Below, in pieces: positions 11,514 to 21,475 of a stretch of DNA of 64,000 bases. The notes below the pieces were generated by a model. That model did no database searches and was not told where the DNA came from. It was given only the letters and a program-made list of their open reading frames with translations. The DNA is taken from assembly GCA_965369025.1 (NCBI GenBank), contig CBDUPB010000002.1, positions 580,555 through 644,554 on the forward strand. Reading direction: 5' to 3'. Source of the DNA: an uncultured Phycisphaeraceae bacterium. GTDB taxonomy: Bacteria; Planctomycetota; Phycisphaerae; Phycisphaerales; UBA1924. Made by a program: the position numbers and the translations under genes. Positions within the stretch are counted from its first letter, which is position 1. Each line of letters opens with the position of its first letter.

Positions 11514-12320
11514 GTGAATAGCCGATCAGCGACCCGATCCCGCCGCGCCGTCACGCTGATCGAGGTGCTCGTCACCGTCGCAGTGGCCGTGATACTCACC
11601 CTCATCGTCATCGTTGGCATGCGCTCCGTGCGCGGCCAGACCCTCGCGATGAAGGACCTCCACAACCTCCGCCTCTCAGGCCAGGACATGCTCCTCTGGA
11701 GCGCTGACAACGACGAGAAGTTTCTCAACCTTGGCCCAGAGTACCCGGGCCTCTGGGATGCCATTCTCGGCCCCGAGATCGCGCCGTTATCACCAGACAG
11801 CTTCGTGTCGTTCTATTGGGGGCAGCAGGCATCATGGAACGGCATCCTCCACACATTGACGAAGAACGCGCACGAGCACTGGCAAAGCGCATACGGCCCA
11901 GAGACGCTTCCAACGCATGAAGGCACAGGTTCGCCCGTTGGCGGGCCGCCCGCCGCAGAACGAGGCACGATTCAGTATGCGGTGAGCATCACGCGATTTC
12001 TCTATTCACCGTGCTTCATTACGGATCCCCTCGCGTGGGAAGGCGACTTCCGTTTCAACCGAACCACAGACCTGATGCCCTTCTTCAAGACGACACGAAT
12101 GAGCCAGATCAGGAGCCCAGCCGGAAAGGGCTTGTTGATTAACAAGCAAATACCCGGCGCGAACGACCAGGCGCATGTTGTGTTTGTAGACGGAAGCACA
12201 GAAAGCCGCGCTATTGCCAATTTCGTGCCGCCAACATATTACCCTACGGCATCACTCCCAACGACGCCCGGCGTGCCAGTGTTACACACAAAGCAAGGCG
12301 TCAATGGCCGCGATCGCTAA
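11514..12320 (+). CDS. prepilin-type N-terminal domain protein (DUF1559-like)
   Basis: GTG start with GGAGG 6 nt upstream. N-terminal RRAVTLIEVLVTVAVAVIL resembles the type IV pilin cleavage/methylation helix. C-terminal HVVFVDGSTE resembles the H-x9-DG motif. Confidence 0.65.
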   Translation: MNSRSATRSRRAVTLIEVLVTVAVAVILTLIVIVGMRSVRGQTLAMKDLHNLRLSGQDMLLWSADNDEKFLNLGPEYPGLWDAILGPEIAPLSPDSFVSFYWGQQASWNGILHTLTKNAHEHWQSAYGPETLPTHEGTGSPVGGPPAAERGTIQYAVSITRFLYSPCFITDPLAWEGDFRFNRTTDLMPFFKTTRMSQIRSPAGKGLLINKQIPGANDQAHVVFVDGSTESRAIANFVPPTYYPTASLPTTPGVPVLHTKQGVNGRDR

Positions 12321-12325
12321 CCGCC

Positions 12326-13777
12326 TCACTCCCCCGAGCGGGTCATGCTCGTCGGGTCCAGCAAACGGTTGAGTTCCTCCGCCGGCAGCACCTTCTGCTC
12401 CAGCGCCAGTTCGCGCACCGTCTTGCCCTCCGCGTACGCCTGCTTCGCCAGCGCGGCAGACCTGTCGTACCCGATCACGGGCACCAGCGAGGTGCACATC
12501 GCCAGCGAGCCCTCGATCAGCTCCGCGCAGCGTGCCTCGTCCGCCTGCAACCCCTCCAGCAGGTTGTCCACGAACATGTGCGCAGCGCGCTCCATCAGGT
12601 GGATCGACGACATCAGGTTGTCGGCCATCATGGGCATGGCCACATTCAGGTCCAGCACGCTGCCCACGCCGCCCATGTTCCCCGCCGCGATCGCCGCGTC
12701 GTTGCCGATCACCTGACACGAGACCATGATCGCGCTCTCGCAGATCACGGGGTTCACCTTGCCGGGCATGATCGATGATCCGGGCTGGACGGCGGGCACC
12801 TTCAGCTCGCCGATGCCGCACCGCGGGCCGCAGCCCATGAGCCGGATGTCGTTGGCGATCTTCGAGAGCGAGATCGCCACCGTGCGGATGCGCCCGCTCG
12901 CGTCAACCACCGCGTCCTTGGCGTGCTGGGCCTCGAAGTGGTTGCGCGCTTCCTTGAAGGGCACGCCCGTTCGCTTCGCCAGTTCCGCCGCCACCCGCGC
13001 GCCGAACTCGGGATGGGTGTTGATGCCCGTTCCCACGGCCGTGCCGCCCAGCGCGAGCTCGCACAGCCCGTCGAGCGCGCCGTGCAGGCGCTCCACGCCG
13101 ATGCGCATCTGCGCGGCGTACCCGCTGAACTCCTGACCAAGACGGATCGGCGTCGCGTCCTGCAGGTGCGTGCGCCCGATCTTGATGATGTCGTTGAACG
13201 CGCTCGCCTTGGCGTCCAGCGCGTCGGCCAGCCGCTCGATCGCCGGGATCAGCCCCGTCTTGATGCGCACCGCCGCCGCGAGGTGCATCGCCGTCGGGAA
13301 GGTGTCGTTGCTCGACTGGCCCATGTTCACATGGTCGTTGGGGTGCACGCCGCCCTTCGCGATGTACTCGGGGTTCTTGCTCGACCCGATCGGCTCGCCC
13401 TTGGCAACACACACAAGGTTCGCGATCACCTCGTTCGCGTTCATGTTGGTCGAGGTGCCCGACCCGGTCTGGAACACATCAACCGGGAAGTGCATCATCA
13501 GCCCGCCCGGCACATCGCGGCGCTCGATGCGCTCGGCGGCGTCGATGATCGCCCGCGCACGCTCGGCGTCGAGCAGACCCAGATCCCGGTTCACCTTCGC
13601 GCAGGCGGCCTTGAGCGCCGCATACGCCAGCACCACCGCCTCGGGCACAGGACGCCCCGACACCGGGAAGTTGAGCACCGCGCGCTGAGTCGAGGCGCCG
13701 TACAGCGCGTCCTGGGGCACGCGCATCTCGCCCATGGTGTCTTTCTCGGTCCGCTGCTCGGCGTGGGTCGTCGTCAT
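12326..13777 (-). CDS. fumC: class II fumarate hydratase
   Basis: ORF 12326..14218 trimmed to ATG 13777 (MTTTHAEQ...). Motifs GSSIMPGKVNP, TGSGTSTNMNANEV and SSNDTFPTAMH. The PGKVNP..C..CQVIGND pattern favours FumC over AspA. Confidence 0.9.
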   Translation of the reverse strand: MTTTHAEQRTEKDTMGEMRVPQDALYGASTQRAVLNFPVSGRPVPEAVVLAYAALKAACAKVNRDLGLLDAERARAIIDAAERIERRDVPGGLMMHFPVDVFQTGSGTSTNMNANEVIANLVCVAKGEPIGSSKNPEYIAKGGVHPNDHVNMGQSSNDTFPTAMHLAAAVRIKTGLIPAIERLADALDAKASAFNDIIKIGRTHLQDATPIRLGQEFSGYAAQMRIGVERLHGALDGLCELALGGTAVGTGINTHPEFGARVAAELAKRTGVPFKEARNHFEAQHAKDAVVDASGRIRTVAISLSKIANDIRLMGCGPRCGIGELKVPAVQPGSSIMPGKVNPVICESAIMVSCQVIGNDAAIAAGNMGGVGSVLDLNVAMPMMADNLMSSIHLMERAAHMFVDNLLEGLQADEARCAELIEGSLAMCTSLVPVIGYDRSAALAKQAYAEGKTVRELALEQKVLPAEELNRLLDPTSMTRSGE

Positions 13778-13991
13778 GGTGGGCTCGAATCTCCGTGTCT
13801 GGGGCGTGCGGCCGCCGGCTCGGATCACACGCAGGCGGGGCAAAGCGTAGCGCGGCCCGGGGGCGATAATCCGCATCGAACGGCCCTCGTCACGCCGCAT
13901 TTCTGGCCCCTTGCCCGGGCGTGTACACTTCCTGTGCGAGCCCCGGCGCCGGCGCTCGCGTGGATCCCGCGAGAGAAGAGAGTCCCAAGAC

Positions 13992-15371
13992 ATGCCGATG
14001 CGTTCACTGTCAGTCGTCGCCGCGTTCGCCGCGCTCTCGGGCGCCGCCGTCGCGCTCCCCTCGTTCACCGCGCCCGAACTCCAGGCCCGCGCGAACTTCA
14101 CCGGCGCGCACAACCTCCCCAACGGCGCCTTCTTCACCAACTCCACCCCCGACATCAACGCGCTCGGAACCGTCGCGTTCCGCCTGGGCGTGATCGCCGG
14201 CACGGAGTCCGACGGCATCTGGTTCGGCTCGAGCGGATCGGGATCGATCCTCTACTTCTCCCCGAATGTCGAAGACTCGCGCCTGAGCGACCCCTCCGTC
14301 AGCGACTTCAACGAACTCATCACCGATCAATCCTTCGCTTCGCCCAGCGGCGTGATCCGCATTGGGCCCGCCTCCGGACAGGCCACCGTCGTCATCAACC
14401 CCGGCTTCCCCTTCGGCGTCGAATCCTTCTCCTCCGTGCAGGTGAACAACAGCGGCCAGATCGGATTCCGCGGCCGCGTCGGCTTCCTCGGCAATATCTT
14501 CGTCTCGTGGGACAACGGCGTGCAGATCGCGCACGCCGCCGAGATCGGCGTCGATCCCGCATCCCCCTACTCCTTCCTCTTCACGCCCGGATTCAACAAC
14601 GCGCGACAGATCGCCTCCAAGGTTCGCCTTGCGCCCGGGCTGGGCAACGATCGCCCGGACCAGATCCGCATCTTCAACAGCGACGGCACATCGATCCTCG
14701 TCGCCGAAGACCGCGACTCCAACCCCGCTTCGCCCTACTCCTCGTTCGACAACTCCTGCGCTCTGACCAGCGACGGCCGCGTCGCGTTCATCGCCAACCT
14801 CGTCGCCGGTGGCCGCGGCGTCTTCCTCTCCGACGGAACCACAACCACCACCATCGCCCTCACCACCGACGGCCACGCCACCAACATCGAGTTCTTCAGG
14901 CCCGATGTGAACGACGACGGGCTCGTCGCGTTCCGCTCGTTCAACGCCGAGGGCAAGCGCGCGATCTTTGTCGGCGATGGCGTCGACCTCGTCGAGGTCG
15001 CCACCCAGGACGACATCGTCGAGATCGATCTCGGCGAGGCCCAGATCAGCGAGAACAACCCGGGCGATCCCTGCTTCGGCGGCGCGCCCTCGATCAACGC
15101 CAACGGCGATGTCGTCTTCGCCGCCGCCCTCATCCCGCCCGGAAACCCCGGCGTCGAGTACGGCTCCGGAATCTTCGTCGTCTACGCGGAGTCCGCGAAA
15201 CTCCCGGGCGACACCAACGGCGACGGCATCGTCAACTTCGCCGACCTCAACACCGTGCTCGGCCAGTTCGGTCAGACCGGACCCGGCCTTTCGGGCGATG
15301 TGAACGACGACGGCGTCGTCAACTTCACCGACCTCAACATCGTGCTCGCGAACTTCGGTCAGGAACGCTGA
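13992..15371 (+). CDS. secreted repeat protein with C-terminal dockerin-type repeats
   Basis: ATG 13992 with signal peptide MPMRSLSVVAAFAALSGAAVA. Recurring x-G-x-VAF/IGF strands (NALGTVAFR, NSGQIGFRG, SDGRVAFIA, DDGLVAFRS, ANGDVVFAA). C-terminal DTNGDGIVNFADLNTVLGQFG and DVNDDGVVNFTDLNIVLANFG. Confidence 0.7.
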   Translation: MPMRSLSVVAAFAALSGAAVALPSFTAPELQARANFTGAHNLPNGAFFTNSTPDINALGTVAFRLGVIAGTESDGIWFGSSGSGSILYFSPNVEDSRLSDPSVSDFNELITDQSFASPSGVIRIGPASGQATVVINPGFPFGVESFSSVQVNNSGQIGFRGRVGFLGNIFVSWDNGVQIAHAAEIGVDPASPYSFLFTPGFNNARQIASKVRLAPGLGNDRPDQIRIFNSDGTSILVAEDRDSNPASPYSSFDNSCALTSDGRVAFIANLVAGGRGVFLSDGTTTTTIALTTDGHATNIEFFRPDVNDDGLVAFRSFNAEGKRAIFVGDGVDLVEVATQDDIVEIDLGEAQISENNPGDPCFGGAPSINANGDVVFAAALIPPGNPGVEYGSGIFVVYAESAKLPGDTNGDGIVNFADLNTVLGQFGQTGPGLSGDVNDDGVVNFTDLNIVLANFGQER

Positions 15372-15375
15372 TCGC

Positions 15376-16119
15376 TCAACGATTGGCGGCCATCGCCGCC
15401 TTCATCTCGCGCACCGCCTCGCGCATCCCCACATAGATCGCCCGGCTCACGATCGAGTGCCCGATGTGCAATTCCCACACACCGGGAAGTGCGGCGATCG
15501 GTCCCACATTCGCCGCATTCAGCGCGTGCCCCGCGTTGAAGCGCATGCCGAGCCGCTCGATCTGCGCGCCCGCGTCGCGCACCCGCGCGAGTTCACTCAC
15601 GAATGCTGCGTTCGTGAGATCGCCTTGGCCCGCGCGGTGCGCGTACGCGTACGGCCCCGTGTGCACCTCGCACACGCTGAACCCGCACGCCGCCGCCGCC
15701 TCGATCTGCTCCGGCTCGGGATCGACGAACGCCGACACAGGCACCCCCCCGCCGCGCAGCCGTTCGACAACTTGCTTCAAACGCTTCTCCGCGCCCACGA
15801 TCTGGAGGCCGCCCTCTGTCGTAATCTCCGCGCGCCCCTCGGGCACGAGCATCGCCATGTCCGGCTTGACGCGCAGCGCGATCGCCACCATCTCGTCCGT
15901 CGCCGCCATCTCGAAGTTCAGTTTCGTCGTCACCGACGCCTTCAGCGACGCAACATCCGCGTCCTGAATGTGACGCCGATCCTCGCGCAGGTGCACCGTG
16001 ACGCCATCGGCGCCGCCCGCCTCCGCCTCGCGGGCCGCGGTGATCGGGTCAGGCTCGTCGCCCCGCCGCGCCTGGCGGACGGTGGCGACATGATCAACAT
16101 TGACGCTGAGAAGTGGCAT
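15376..16119 (-). CDS. pdxJ: pyridoxine 5'-phosphate synthase
   Basis: [38 protein letters not shown]. 247 aa. Confidence 0.93.
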   Translation of the reverse strand: MPLLSVNVDHVATVRQARRGDEPDPITAAREAEAGGADGVTVHLREDRRHIQDADVASLKASVTTKLNFEMAATDEMVAIALRVKPDMAMLVPEGRAEITTEGGLQIVGAEKRLKQVVERLRGGGVPVSAFVDPEPEQIEAAAACGFSVCEVHTGPYAYAHRAGQGDLTNAAFVSELARVRDAGAQIERLGMRFNAGHALNAANVGPIAALPGVWELHIGHSIVSRAIYVGMREAVREMKAAMAANR

Positions 16120-16146
16120 GGCGCCAAAGCGTATCGCCGACGCGCC

Positions 16147-17106
16147 TCACACGCCGCGAAGCCGGACCAGCGCGGGCGGAATCCGATCCGCCAACTCGTG
16201 CGCCAGCAGCCCGAAGTCCGCGTCGGTCTCGCCCGTCCACCGCTCGGCGGCCATCCCGTGGGCCGTCACCGCAAGCCGGGCGCAATCGAAGACCGACAGC
16301 CCGCCCCGCGCCTCGCTCGAAACCGTCCTCGCGCCGGCCACCAGCGGCCGCCGATGGAACTGCGCCACGATCCCCGCGATCACGCCCGTCAACACATCCC
16401 CCGAGCCCGCCGTCGCCAGCGACGCGTTGCCCGTCGTGTTCACCCAGGTCCGCTGGCCGTCGGTCACCACCGTCCGCGCGCCCTTCAGCACCACGATGCA
16501 CCCCAGCGTCCGCGCGAGCGATTCGGCCGCGCTCGTACGCGCGCTCTCGTTCGACACATCCTCCGACAACCCCATCGACTTCGCCAGCCGCCGATACTCC
16601 CCCGGATGAGGCGTGAGCACGGCCATCGCGCGAAAGTCACGATGAAACTCGGGGAGTTCCGCCAGCGCGTTGATCGCGTCGGCGTCAATAACCACCGGGC
16701 ATTCCTCCTGATTGATCGCGCGGAACGCCGCCGCCCGCGGCCCTTCGCCGCGCCCCAGCCCCGGACCGATCGCCAGACACTCGCTCCCGCCGCACAACTC
16801 GTCGAGCACCCGCGCCGCTTCATGGGGGACGACCATGCCGCCGCCGTCAACGGGAATCGGAACGCCCGTCGCGCTCGGCGTGATCGTGAGGCCCGCCGTC
16901 AGGATCGGCGCCGGCATCGCGAGTTTCACCAGCCCCGCCCCCGCGCGAAACGCCGCGAGCGCCGACAACGCCGGCCCGCCCACCATCCGCGAATCGTCAG
17001 GCGCACACCCGCCAACCACCGCAACCGTCCCGAAGGTCCCCTTGTGACCCGCGGGGTCGCGGTGAGGCAGCGGCGGCATCGGGATGTCATTGTGCGGTGT
17101 GCTCAC
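16147..17106 (-). CDS. nnrD: ADP-dependent NAD(P)H-hydrate dehydratase (YjeF C-terminal type)
   Basis: HKGTFGTVAVVGG, GPGLGRGE, TAGSGDVLTGVIAG. The GTG start overlaps the upstream stop (GTGA). Confidence 0.85.
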   Translation of the reverse strand: MSTPHNDIPMPPLPHRDPAGHKGTFGTVAVVGGCAPDDSRMVGGPALSALAAFRAGAGLVKLAMPAPILTAGLTITPSATGVPIPVDGGGMVVPHEAARVLDELCGGSECLAIGPGLGRGEGPRAAAFRAINQEECPVVIDADAINALAELPEFHRDFRAMAVLTPHPGEYRRLAKSMGLSEDVSNESARTSAAESLARTLGCIVVLKGARTVVTDGQRTWVNTTGNASLATAGSGDVLTGVIAGIVAQFHRRPLVAGARTVSSEARGGLSVFDCARLAVTAHGMAAERWTGETDADFGLLAHELADRIPPALVRLRGV

Positions 17107-18599
17107 TCGGGCATCGTATCCGCCGAGGCGTCCTCAACCTCGATTCTCAGCGTGCCCAGCAGCGGCGCCACGGCGGCCATCGTGTTGATGCGCCCCGCCC
17201 CGCTCAGGTCGCTCACCGCAACCCCGATGTGCGCCGCGTCGTAGTCGTTCCCAGGGAGCGTGGCGTCGAGGTCCACCCACCGCTCGACGCCCTCGCTGTC
17301 AGGCAGCAGCGCCTGGGTCCACATGTGGAACCCGAAGATGCCCTTCTGCCCGACGAACTCGTCGACATAGATTAGCCCGGACACGACGCGCGACGGGATG
17401 CCCCGCGCACGAAGGATCGCCGCGAGCAGCACCGCGTGCTCCGTGCAATCGCCCTGCTGGGTCCGCGCGACCTCACTCGCGGTCGCGAAACCGACATCGA
17501 GCGACTTCTCGTTGATGTACGAATACACGAACCGCCGGCACGCCCGCGCCTCCTCGGCGGGATCGTCCCCGCGCAGCTCGCTCATCGCCGATTCGCCGAG
17601 CGCAACAACCTCCGCGTCGGTTCCGTCGATCATCGCCGAGGGCGCCAGCGCCTCCGCGCGCTCCTGCGCCGTGGCCGTCGCGCCCGGCGCATCCAGCGAG
17701 ACACGCACGCGCTGGGTGGACGCGTCGATCGGTTCCACCGATTGCGTTCCCCACGCGGGCAGTTCCGGCATGTTCGCCGCCTTTGTCCGCAGGACATACG
17801 ACGCGCCCCGCAGGTCCCGCGGGTTCTCGATCGGTTTGTCGGGCGTCACCAGCGTCGAGACCAGCAACTCCGCCGGCGCGTTCTCCGCCAGCGCGAGCTC
17901 CTTCTCCGTGAGCGCCATCGTCAGCGTGATACCGCCCAGCGCGACCTCGCCGCGCACCATCTCGCCCTCATCGTTCAGGTAGTACACCGTCTCCACGCCC
18001 GGCATCGCCGACTGCGTCACCGTCCATTTCGTCGCCGGCGCAGCGCGGCCCGCGGCGTTGACGACCTCGCGCTCGCCACGCGTGTACACGCTCTCGACCA
18101 CGCTCGCCGACATCGGGTCCAGCGCCGACATCACGATCCGATCCTCGCCCGACGCGATCCGCCGCTCCAACTCCCGCGCGAGCGCGGCCGGCATCAGCGC
18201 GCCGTCATCGATCTCGATGGTCCTGGGCGGGGTCTCCTGCCCGAACTGCGATTCCACCACCGTCGCCGTCCGACCATCGTAAGTCACCTCCGTGCTCAGC
18301 AGCGCGGCGCCCAGCCGCTGCTCAACACGCATCGAGATCGGATCGCCCTCCTCGCCCTCGATGCTCTGCGCTTCGACCGTCACCTCGACCCGCGCCGGCC
18401 CGCGCGCGATCGCCAGCGCCATCACGCTCGTGACCCGAAGATCGCCGCCGTCCAGCCGCTCGATGCGCTCCACCATGTGCCCCGCCTTGCTCCCCGCGAG
18501 TTCGACGAGGAACCAGCGTTCCTCGACCACTTCAGGCGCGGCGAACGCGCGGGCGGCCAGCAAGACGACAACAAGCAAACGAATGGCGTGTCGGATCAT
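17103..18599 (-). CDS. secreted transglutaminase-like protein
   Basis: ORF trimmed to ATG 18599 (MIRHAIRLLVVVLLAARAFA signal). Cys-His-Asp core QGDCTEHAVLLAAILRARGIPSR ... FGFHMW ... DLDAT. Confidence 0.8.
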   Translation of the reverse strand: MIRHAIRLLVVVLLAARAFAAPEVVEERWFLVELAGSKAGHMVERIERLDGGDLRVTSVMALAIARGPARVEVTVEAQSIEGEEGDPISMRVEQRLGAALLSTEVTYDGRTATVVESQFGQETPPRTIEIDDGALMPAALARELERRIASGEDRIVMSALDPMSASVVESVYTRGEREVVNAAGRAAPATKWTVTQSAMPGVETVYYLNDEGEMVRGEVALGGITLTMALTEKELALAENAPAELLVSTLVTPDKPIENPRDLRGASYVLRTKAANMPELPAWGTQSVEPIDASTQRVRVSLDAPGATATAQERAEALAPSAMIDGTDAEVVALGESAMSELRGDDPAEEARACRRFVYSYINEKSLDVGFATASEVARTQQGDCTEHAVLLAAILRARGIPSRVVSGLIYVDEFVGQKGIFGFHMWTQALLPDSEGVERWVDLDATLPGNDYDAAHIGVAVSDLSGAGRINTMAAVAPLLGTLRIEVEDASADTMPE

Positions 18600-18666
18600 C
18601 GCCCTGTTGTACCGTCCCGGCCGCGTGAAGTCGCGTCGGCCGCCAGACCCCGCATACGCTTGGGCG

Positions 18667-19464
18667 ATGTTCGACACCCACCTCCATCTCACCTTCCCGG
18701 ACTACCGGGACAAGGTGGCCGAGTCGCTCGCCGACGCCCGCGCCGTGGGCGTGACCGGCGCCATCACGATCTCGACAACCACCCAGGACTGCCTCCAGGC
18801 CCTCGCCCTCGCCGAGCACCACGCGAAGGCAAACCTGTATTGCAGCGCGGGCATCCACCCGCTCTATTCGCATGTCGAACCCCGCGCGTGGGAGAATCTG
18901 CTGAAGGTCGCCCGCTCGCCGCGTTGCGTCGCCTGGGGCGAGATGGGCCTCGACTACCACTACGACGGCCCCCACCGCGCCACACAGCACGGCGTCCTCG
19001 AAGAACAACTCGCGTTCATCAGCGCCGCGAAGCGCGAACACGGCATCGACAAGCCCATCGTCATCCATTGCCGCGAAGCGTTCGATGAACTCATCCCGAT
19101 CCTGCAGAGCAGCGGCCTCGACCCCGCCCGGTTCGTGTTTCACTGCTTCACCGCCGGGCCGCGCGAGATGCGCATGCTCCTCGACTTCGGCGCCATGGTC
19201 TCCTTCACGGGCGTCGTGACCTACAAGAACGCCGCAGAAGTGCAGGAGGCGGCCAAGATCGTCCCGCGCGACCGCTTCATGGTCGAGACCGACGCGCCGT
19301 TCCTCTCACCCATGCCCCATCGAGGCGTGCGCCCGAACCAGCCCAAGTTCGCGCGAGTGACGGCCGAATTCCTCGCCGAACTCCGCGGCGAACCGTGGGA
19401 CGACTTCCACGCGCAGATCAACCGGAACACCGAGCGGTTCTTCGGATTCGATCGCGTGGACTGA
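18667..19464 (+). CDS. tatD: TatD-family metal-dependent hydrolase
   Basis: MFDTHLHLTF, AWGEMGLDYHY, IHCREAF, VETDAPFL. ATG 18667 within ORF 18292..19464. Confidence 0.88.
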   Translation: MFDTHLHLTFPDYRDKVAESLADARAVGVTGAITISTTTQDCLQALALAEHHAKANLYCSAGIHPLYSHVEPRAWENLLKVARSPRCVAWGEMGLDYHYDGPHRATQHGVLEEQLAFISAAKREHGIDKPIVIHCREAFDELIPILQSSGLDPARFVFHCFTAGPREMRMLLDFGAMVSFTGVVTYKNAAEVQEAAKIVPRDRFMVETDAPFLSPMPHRGVRPNQPKFARVTAEFLAELRGEPWDDFHAQINRNTERFFGFDRVD

Positions 19465-19467
19465 GCG

Positions 19468-20511
19468 TCACGCGCCCAGATACTTCGCGTAGATCGCGCG
19501 GGCCCGCGCCGGGTCAGGCGTCGAAATAATCGCGCGGCCATCAGCGAAGACGGACAACTCGATCTCGTCGTCGCGCAGGATGCCTTTCACGAGGAACGGC
19601 GTGGCGCGGAAGTCGCCGTGGGGCGCCAGCCGCGCGCTGATCGTCTCCAGCCCCGCGCACTCGCCCTTCGCGGGCGTGATCTGCACGCTCGACCGCCCGC
19701 AGAGCGTGACGGCCGCATCCCCGCGCTCACCCTCGAGCCATTCGAACCGCCGGTGCGCGCAGCACGGGCATTCTGGGTCGCGCGCATCGCCCAGATCGGT
19801 CATCGACATCTCGCCCGAGAGAACATCCACGCGCGCCAGCGACCGGCGGACCAGATCGTTCCGACCCAGCAACACCTTCATCGCCTCGGCGCCCATCAGC
19901 GAGCCCGCGATTCCTACCGCCGGACCAAGCACGCCGACCGTGTCGCAGGTCTCGCGCGATTCGGGCGCCGGGGGTTCCTCGAAGACGCATCGCACGCACG
20001 CGGTCTCGCCCGGGAGAACCGTCATCTGCATCGCGCGCGTCGAGACCGCGCCGCCGTAGACCACCGCCGTGCCCGACTCAACCGCCAGATCGTTCAGCAA
20101 ATACCGCGTCTCGTAGTTGTCCGTCCCGTCGAGGATCACCGTCGGCTTCGCGTCGAGCAACGACCGCGCCGTGCGCGGCGAGCAATCCATCGCCCTCGCG
20201 TGAACCGTCAGCGAGTCGTCGATCGCCAGCAACCGCGCCCGCGCCGCCTCGACCTTGGGCAGCCCTTCCTCGGCGTCGCGCGCGGTGTACAGCGATTGCC
20301 GCTGGAGGTTCGTGAGTTCCACAACATCACGATCGACCAGCGTCAGCGTGCCCACCCCCGCGCGAGCCAGATGGTCCGCCACCACACACCCCAATGCGCC
20401 CATCCCGACGAGCACCGCGTGCGATTCGCGCAGGCGGCGCTGTCCCCGCTCGCCGATGAACGGCAGGAGTTCCTGTCGGTGATGGCGCCGGGGGCTGTGG
20501 CTTTGAGTCAC
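19468..20511 (-). CDS. ThiF/MoeB/HesA-family E1-like adenylyltransferase with extra C-terminal domain
   Basis: VLVGMGALGCVVADHLARAGVG, DRDVVELTNLQRQ, cysteine pairs CVRC and CPCC, and a C-terminal ~100 aa ending GRAIISTPDPARARAIYAKYLG. I prefer the GTG 20511 start because the longest ORF (to 20577) would overlap the upstream gene by 50 nt. Confidence 0.75.
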   Translation of the reverse strand: MTQSHSPRRHHRQELLPFIGERGQRRLRESHAVLVGMGALGCVVADHLARAGVGTLTLVDRDVVELTNLQRQSLYTARDAEEGLPKVEAARARLLAIDDSLTVHARAMDCSPRTARSLLDAKPTVILDGTDNYETRYLLNDLAVESGTAVVYGGAVSTRAMQMTVLPGETACVRCVFEEPPAPESRETCDTVGVLGPAVGIAGSLMGAEAMKVLLGRNDLVRRSLARVDVLSGEMSMTDLGDARDPECPCCAHRRFEWLEGERGDAAVTLCGRSSVQITPAKGECAGLETISARLAPHGDFRATPFLVKGILRDDEIELSVFADGRAIISTPDPARARAIYAKYLGA

Positions 20512-20527
20512 GCGTGATTGCTCGCCG

Positions 20528-21469
20528 TCAGAACGCGGGATGCTCGGGCTCCTCGCCGCTGAGCACCCGCCAGACATCCTTCACGACCCACGACATGTTC
20601 CGCTTCGCCCGGGCCGTGGCCGCTCCGATGTGGGGCGCGAGGTGCGCGTTGGGCAGCCCGAGCAGCGGCGACTCGCCCGGGAACGGCTCGGGATGGTGCA
20701 CATCGAGGATCGCCTGGGCGCCCGGATGCGCGCGGAGCCATGCCGCGAGGTCCGCCGTGTTCACCACGAACCCGCGCGAGGTGTTGATGAGGATCGCGTC
20801 GGAGTTCAGCAACTCCAGCTGCCGCGCGGCGATGAGATCGCGGTTCTCCGCGCGATCATCGACATGGATCGACAGAATATCGCTTGAGCGCAGGAGCGTG
20901 TCGAAGTCCACCGGCTCTGCGCCCAGCCGCCCGACGGGCGAGACATCCTCGATGTCGTGGTACAGCACGCGGCATCCGAACGCCTCGAACACGCGCGCCG
21001 TTCCCTTGCCCACGCGTCCGAACCCCAGCACGCCCACCGTCAGATCGCCGAGTTGACGCGGCGCGATCAGTTCGTTGCGCACACGCTTCCACTCGGCGAG
21101 CGGCAGCGCGCGATCAAGAAAGACACGGGGGCGCAGCGCGTCGAGCGCGAATGCGGCGACGAGTTCCACCACGGCCTGCGTGTTCGCGTCGGGCGTGTTC
21201 ACCACGCGCACGCCGCGTCGCTCGCACGCGTCGAGGTCGATGTTGTCGAGCCCCACGCCCGCGCGGCCCACGACGCGGAGCTTCGGCGCCCGGTCGAGCA
21301 TCGCGTCGTTCACGATCGTGTAGGTGCGCACCACGAGCGCCTGCGCCTCGGCGAGAAGCGCGGGAAACTCCGGTTCGTCGGAAGCGCAACGGCGCAGATC
21401 CACACGCTCGGCGAGCCACGCCGCAGCGGCCTCGTCGAGTTCCTCGGTCTGGATGGCGAGGGTGCGCAT
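20528..21469 (-). CDS. D-isomer-specific 2-hydroxyacid dehydrogenase family protein
   Basis: NAD-binding GVLGFGRVGKGTA, INTSRGFVV, LAPHIGAAT. 313 aa. Confidence 0.85.
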   Translation of the reverse strand: MRTLAIQTEELDEAAAAWLAERVDLRRCASDEPEFPALLAEAQALVVRTYTIVNDAMLDRAPKLRVVGRAGVGLDNIDLDACERRGVRVVNTPDANTQAVVELVAAFALDALRPRVFLDRALPLAEWKRVRNELIAPRQLGDLTVGVLGFGRVGKGTARVFEAFGCRVLYHDIEDVSPVGRLGAEPVDFDTLLRSSDILSIHVDDRAENRDLIAARQLELLNSDAILINTSRGFVVNTADLAAWLRAHPGAQAILDVHHPEPFPGESPLLGLPNAHLAPHIGAATARAKRNMSWVVKDVWRVLSGEEPEHPAF

Positions 21470-21475
21470 GCGCGC

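Noticed and set aside
12326-14218. Full 630-aa version of the fumarase ORF
   Set aside because: The first 147 residues are Arg/Pro/Ser-rich with no homology features. The fumarase N-terminus (MTTTHAEQRTEKDTMGEMRVP) begins at ATG 13777, giving a normal length of about 483 aa.
12923-15436. 837-aa ORF spanning the fumC antisense strand and the dockerin-protein locus
   Set aside because: It is an extremely Arg/His/Pro-rich translation. It overlaps two well-supported genes in other frames or on the other strand. This is a GC-content artefact.
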